59,328 nucleotides of DNA, from positions 73,882 through 133,209 of the forward strand of contig DAQA01000008.1 of the NCBI GenBank assembly GCA_002502685.1, read 5' to 3'. Every line of letters begins with the position of its first letter. Within the stretch, counting starts at the first letter, position 1. The position numbers and the translations under genes were made by a program. The notes beneath the pieces were generated by a model. That model did no database searches and had not been told where the DNA came from. It worked only from the letters and a program-made list of their open reading frames with translations. Shown piece after piece: positions 55,520 through 59,328 of this stretch. The DNA is from Euryarchaeota archaeon UBA202. GTDB taxonomy: Archaea > Thermoplasmatota > E2 > UBA202.

Positions 55520-58249
55520 ATGGTAACAAGGCAATTGGGGTGGCAAATATCTGGCCATCCGACAACGGCAATCGCTGCGACTATTGTAATAACACTGCTT
55601 GCTGTAGGTTGCATACAAATATTTGGTATAGAACAGGAGTTTACAGAAGAATCTTTTTTGCCAGATATGGAGGTGGTCAAGGCATCTAATGAGATATCAG
55701 AAAATTACACCGCTACATATACTGTACCCATATTAGCTAAATCAAAGAATGGAGATGTCTTAACATCAGAGAGCCTTGTAGACATTCTTCAAGTGGAGAA
55801 AATCATTACTGCTGATGCGAAAATTGTACCTGCTCTAGCAACACCAGAAATGCCCTCATCAAATGTAAATTCAATAGCGGATACAATTGCACAAATGCTC
55901 TTAACCCAACAAAATATAACTACCTCTACATTTGAACAGAAGATTTTTGCACTTCAGAATTTGAATGATTCCCAAATCAAACAATTTGTTATGGAGGTAT
56001 TAACCTCAAGTCAAACCCCACTTGAGATAAAGGGACTGTTTTCGATGCTGTTAACAAAAGATTTTAATATTACAGAAGGGAAAATTAGGGCGAAGGGCAC
56101 CATAGTTATGGTAAGTTTGAACGGATCACTATTAACAGGGGGTATAACAGCAGGCCAGGGGACAACAGAAGATGATATACCAAAAATAGAGGAGAGGATG
56201 GATGCCCTTGTGAAGAATATAGAATTAAGATCAACTGAAATTAGTGTTATGGGAAACCAGATAGTCTCTGATGAGATTCAAGATGCATCAATTAAATCTA
56301 TGGGGATACTTCTTCCAATTGCCTTTGGTTTAGTACTTGTTATTCTAGTGATTATATATAGAAATGGTTTAGATTTGTTATTCAGCCTCCTTGCCCTAGT
56401 TTTTGCAATAATATGGGTTTATGGCTTTGGCTCTGCCATGGGTTTTTCATTCAATCCCATGACCATTGCGGTTCCTGTATTGATTGTTGGACTGGGCATC
56501 GACTATGGAATACATATTACAATGCGCTACCGTGAAGAAATCAGGAATGGAAAGAAGATTAAAGAAGCGGTGGATATAACAATAAAATCAGTTGGAATGG
56601 TGCTATTACTTGCTACTATAACTACCGTTGTAGCTTTCTCATCTAATTTGATTTCTCCTATAGGCCTCTTAGGAGAGTTTGGGGTATTATGTGCGATTGG
56701 GATTATTAGTAGTTTTATAACTATGACTGCTTTTGTGCCTGCATGCAAACAACTTCAGGACACTAGAAAGTTGAAAAAGGGGAGAGCATTGACTGGGAAA
56801 GTGGAGGATAGTAAATCTGGTAAAGGAATAAAAGGTCTTAGGAAAATTGGCGAAACGTTTCTTGATAAAGCCATGAGTAGCGGGGCTGTTGCGACGGAGC
56901 ATCATCCAATACCAGTTATTGTCATAGTAATCATTATTACCCTTGGTGCTGTTGGAGGGGCATTACAAATGGAAACAACCTTTAATTTTGAGGATTTCTT
57001 ACCAGAAGATTTAGAGATAGCACAAGACCTCGAATATATGTTAAACGAATTTGAGATTATAGGAGGTATGACGGAAGAAGTTGAAATTTTAATAAAAAGT
57101 GATATTACTTCTCCAAAATTATTAACAGATATAGATGAGTCAATATCTAATATGGTAGATGATGAATATGTTATTCGTTACGGGGATAAACCAGAGGTTA
57201 GGTCGATACTGTCTTTGATGGATGACTGGGCAACAAACTCGGCAACATATGGTTTCTATGACCCAAATTTTGATGCAACTTTTCAAACAATATATAATGA
57301 CATAATGTCACCTGTGGGGGTGCCAAAATCCAGTGCATCAAAACAAGATATTAGACAGTTATATGAATGGTTATATACAAACCCTAAATCATCCAGAGAT
57401 ACAAGATCGGTTTTGCACAAGACAGACAATGAGGTATATGATGGTACAGTTTTACGAGTTTCAGTAAATGCATTTGCAGATGACAATGAGGCTATCGAAA
57501 CGCTTCGTTATGGTTTAAGGGAGGACATAATACCGTTAGAGGACAGCACAGATAAAACAGTACTGACTGGTGGTATCATTGTTACAAAGGTAGTGATGGA
57601 TTCATTGAATGACAGTCAAATAAATTCATTGATTATCACACTTATCGTGTCTTTTATTATTTTAACTCTTGTTTTTTTGGTGGAGCGGCGATCTTTTGCC
57701 CTTGGAATCATAACCTTAATGCCTCTAATATTTTGTGTCATATGGACACTTGGAACGATGTATATAATTAGGATACCCCTTAATATCATGACAATTACTG
57801 TTGCTTCATTAACGATTGGTTTAGGAATCACTTACGGGATACATATCACTCATAGATTTTTAGAGGATCTCAAAAGGTATGATACCGTTAATGAGGCATG
57901 CCGTAGTACTGTTTCTCATACAGGTACAGCATTATTTGGGGCCGCATCAACAACCATTGCTGGCTTTGGGTTACTTGTGTTTTCCATAATGCCCCCTTTA
58001 CAGCAATTTGGAGCGATAACTGCCTTAGCTATCCTATATAGCTTCTTAGCTTCAGTGTTTATCCTCCCGACATTCTTGGTGATATGGGCAAAACATGGTA
58101 AAAAATTCAAGGATTCCTCTCGAGTTAGGAAGGAAAGGAAAAAGTCACATCAGATACCCTGCCCTCAATGCAATCATAGAATAGAGGTTCATGAAAAAGC
58201 AAAGAAGTTTAAATGCCCCCATTGTGGCTTTAAGGCTGATTTTTGTTGA
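55520..58249 (+). CDS. MMPL/RND superfamily transporter with C-terminal zinc ribbon
   Basis: Duplicated architecture, VGLGIDYGIHI and IGLGITYGIHI TM4/TM10 motifs, TTVVAF/TTIAGF; CPQC...CPHC tail. Confidence 0.92.
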   Translation: MVTRQLGWQISGHPTTAIAATIVITLLAVGCIQIFGIEQEFTEESFLPDMEVVKASNEISENYTATYTVPILAKSKNGDVLTSESLVDILQVEKIITADAKIVPALATPEMPSSNVNSIADTIAQMLLTQQNITTSTFEQKIFALQNLNDSQIKQFVMEVLTSSQTPLEIKGLFSMLLTKDFNITEGKIRAKGTIVMVSLNGSLLTGGITAGQGTTEDDIPKIEERMDALVKNIELRSTEISVMGNQIVSDEIQDASIKSMGILLPIAFGLVLVILVIIYRNGLDLLFSLLALVFAIIWVYGFGSAMGFSFNPMTIAVPVLIVGLGIDYGIHITMRYREEIRNGKKIKEAVDITIKSVGMVLLLATITTVVAFSSNLISPIGLLGEFGVLCAIGIISSFITMTAFVPACKQLQDTRKLKKGRALTGKVEDSKSGKGIKGLRKIGETFLDKAMSSGAVATEHHPIPVIVIVIIITLGAVGGALQMETTFNFEDFLPEDLEIAQDLEYMLNEFEIIGGMTEEVEILIKSDITSPKLLTDIDESISNMVDDEYVIRYGDKPEVRSILSLMDDWATNSATYGFYDPNFDATFQTIYNDIMSPVGVPKSSASKQDIRQLYEWLYTNPKSSRDTRSVLHKTDNEVYDGTVLRVSVNAFADDNEAIETLRYGLREDIIPLEDSTDKTVLTGGIIVTKVVMDSLNDSQINSLIITLIVSFIILTLVFLVERRSFALGIITLMPLIFCVIWTLGTMYIIRIPLNIMTITVASLTIGLGITYGIHITHRFLEDLKRYDTVNEACRSTVSHTGTALFGAASTTIAGFGLLVFSIMPPLQQFGAITALAILYSFLASVFILPTFLVIWAKHGKKFKDSSRVRKERKKSHQIPCPQCNHRIEVHEKAKKFKCPHCGFKADFC

Positions 58250-58339
58250 TTAATCAGTAGGATAAATAAATCGAGGGGGGGCACTATTGCATGGTATGTT
58301 CTTTTTTTGCTCCTGTGAAAGCCTCCGTTTTTTTATATC

Positions 58340-58450
58340 TTCTCATCCTCTATATATCCTTTGTGCATACTCCTATCCGAGGTTCATTCTCCATAATGGC
58401 TTTCGCACAAATGGAGGGGGGCTCCTCAATCTAGCGACCGTAGTCGTGAG
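58340..58450 (-). ncRNA. Candidate bridge/seek RNA region of the IS110-family element
   Basis: Minus strand TTTGTGC...GCACAAA stem enclosing GAAAGCCATTATGGAGAATGAACCTCGGATAGGAGTAT, immediately 3' of the transposase. Confidence 0.5.
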
Positions 58451-59326
58451 CTACAAGTAAAAAGACGAAGAGCCAGCACAGGACAAGCCTGACGGGTGAA
58501 ATTCCTCCTGGTTCTTGAGTATCCAGTAGATGACCCTGAGGAGTTTACTGGCGGTGGCCACTATGGCAATCTTTTTGCCTCTCCGGTGGGCAACGTGGTG
58601 GTAGAATTGGGTGAGATGGGTATCGTATTTGAGGTGGATATGGACGCATTGGGTGAGGACCCATCGGAGCCATTTGTTTCCTGTTTTGGTGATGTGGCCA
58701 TGGTGGGTTGTGTGTCCACTCTGCCGGGTTGAGGGGGTGAGACCGGCGTAGGAGCAGAGTTTGTGGGAATCCCTGAATCGGGTGATATCCCCGATCTCTG
58801 CCGTGATGAGAACCGCGGAATAATAGCCAATCCCGGGGATGGTCATAAGGAGCTGGGCATCCTGGTTCTCCTGGGCAATCCGTGATATTTGTGTGGAGAC
58901 ATCGTGGATTTGGTCTTCGAGTCCTTCGAGTATTTTTAGGTATCTTTGGATGTTGGGAAGGGTGAGGTTTTGGAGCCAGTGTTTTCCTTGTTTGGTGAAG
59001 ATGTTTTTGTGGGGTGGCTCGATCCAGTGTTTGTGGAGTTCGGCACGGATCTTGTTTTTGAGTTCTGTCCGTAGTTTCACGAGGTAGGCTCGTTGTCTGA
59101 CGATGTCTCTTTGTTCACGTATTTCTTGTGGGGGGAGGTAGCTGGTGGGCAGGAAATCACTCCGTAGTAGATGAGCGAGTATGTGTGCATCGATTTTATC
59201 GGTTTTGATTTTTGCTTCGGCGATGGCTCGTGTTTTGAGGGGGTGAGCCAACTTGACGGTATATCCGTGTTTTTCCAGAAGATCATAGGGTGGATGGGAA
59301 AAACTTAGGGCTTCTAGGGCAATGGT
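58451..59326 (-). CDS. IS110 family transposase (DEDD recombinase), 5'-partial
   Basis: Frame open to window end (TIALEALS...), KTDKIDA, LMTIPGIG, AEIGDITRF, YAGLTP..RQSG catalytic Ser, AIVATASKL. Confidence 0.95.
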   Translation of the reverse strand, partial: TIALEALSFSHPPYDLLEKHGYTVKLAHPLKTRAIAEAKIKTDKIDAHILAHLLRSDFLPTSYLPPQEIREQRDIVRQRAYLVKLRTELKNKIRAELHKHWIEPPHKNIFTKQGKHWLQNLTLPNIQRYLKILEGLEDQIHDVSTQISRIAQENQDAQLLMTIPGIGYYSAVLITAEIGDITRFRDSHKLCSYAGLTPSTRQSGHTTHHGHITKTGNKWLRWVLTQCVHIHLKYDTHLTQFYHHVAHRRGKKIAIVATASKLLRVIYWILKNQEEFHPSGLSCAGSSSFYL

Positions 59327-59328
59327 GG

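Larger units (their letters stand above)
58312..59328 (-). mobile_element. IS110 family (IS1111-like) element, left end beyond window
   Basis: Transposase plus about 140 nt of downstream non-coding end with IR-like GGAGGCTTTCAC (58315-58326); exact right end uncertain. Confidence 0.75.

Noticed and set aside
614-59286. Numerous short antisense or nested ORFs in the track (e.g. 614..964, 20824..21255, 37081..37638, 48540..48983, 59077..59286)
   Set aside because: They are shadows of well-supported genes on other frames or strands and show no motifs.
1-59328. CRISPR array, cas genes or rRNA
   Set aside because: No regularly spaced repeats, Cas motifs or rRNA signatures were seen.

Overview
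Archaeal genomic window (class I LysRS, archaeal DnaG, uL16/L10e, P0, A1:U72 initiator tRNA). The gingipain, VOR and mevalonate kinase content suggests an uncultured Thermoplasmatota of the DHVEG-1/MBG-D type (inference). Positions 1-10.2 kb and 16-44.3 kb are mostly housekeeping and peptide-fermentation genes (rplP0, rpl1, C25 peptidase, LsrF-like aldolase, ppsA, mvk, por/vor GDAB, metG, dnaG, lysS, purC). Two tRNA-adjacent accessory regions are present. (i) At 10.2-16 kb, a tRNA-Arg(CCT) carries a 13-nt T-loop (59/60) intron in a bulge-helix-loop motif, next to what looks like a decayed split-integrase element. (ii) From 44.3 kb to the end, downstream of tRNA-Leu(TAG), an AT-rich four-gene operon (AbrB / Panacea-YwgA-like wHTH / PIN / divergent TGT-like protein) faces a small GIY-YIG gene; this is my best candidate for an undescribed defence or toxin-antitoxin system. 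The region also holds an IS1-family element with an 8-bp target duplication that splits an ORF, several pseudogene fragments, an MMPL/RND transporter and an IS110/IS1111 element with a structured downstream non-coding end (bridge/seek RNA candidate). Other notable items are an initiator tRNA with C33 and an unassigned structured RNA candidate upstream of ppsA. All family assignments come from motif recognition by eye; no searches were run.
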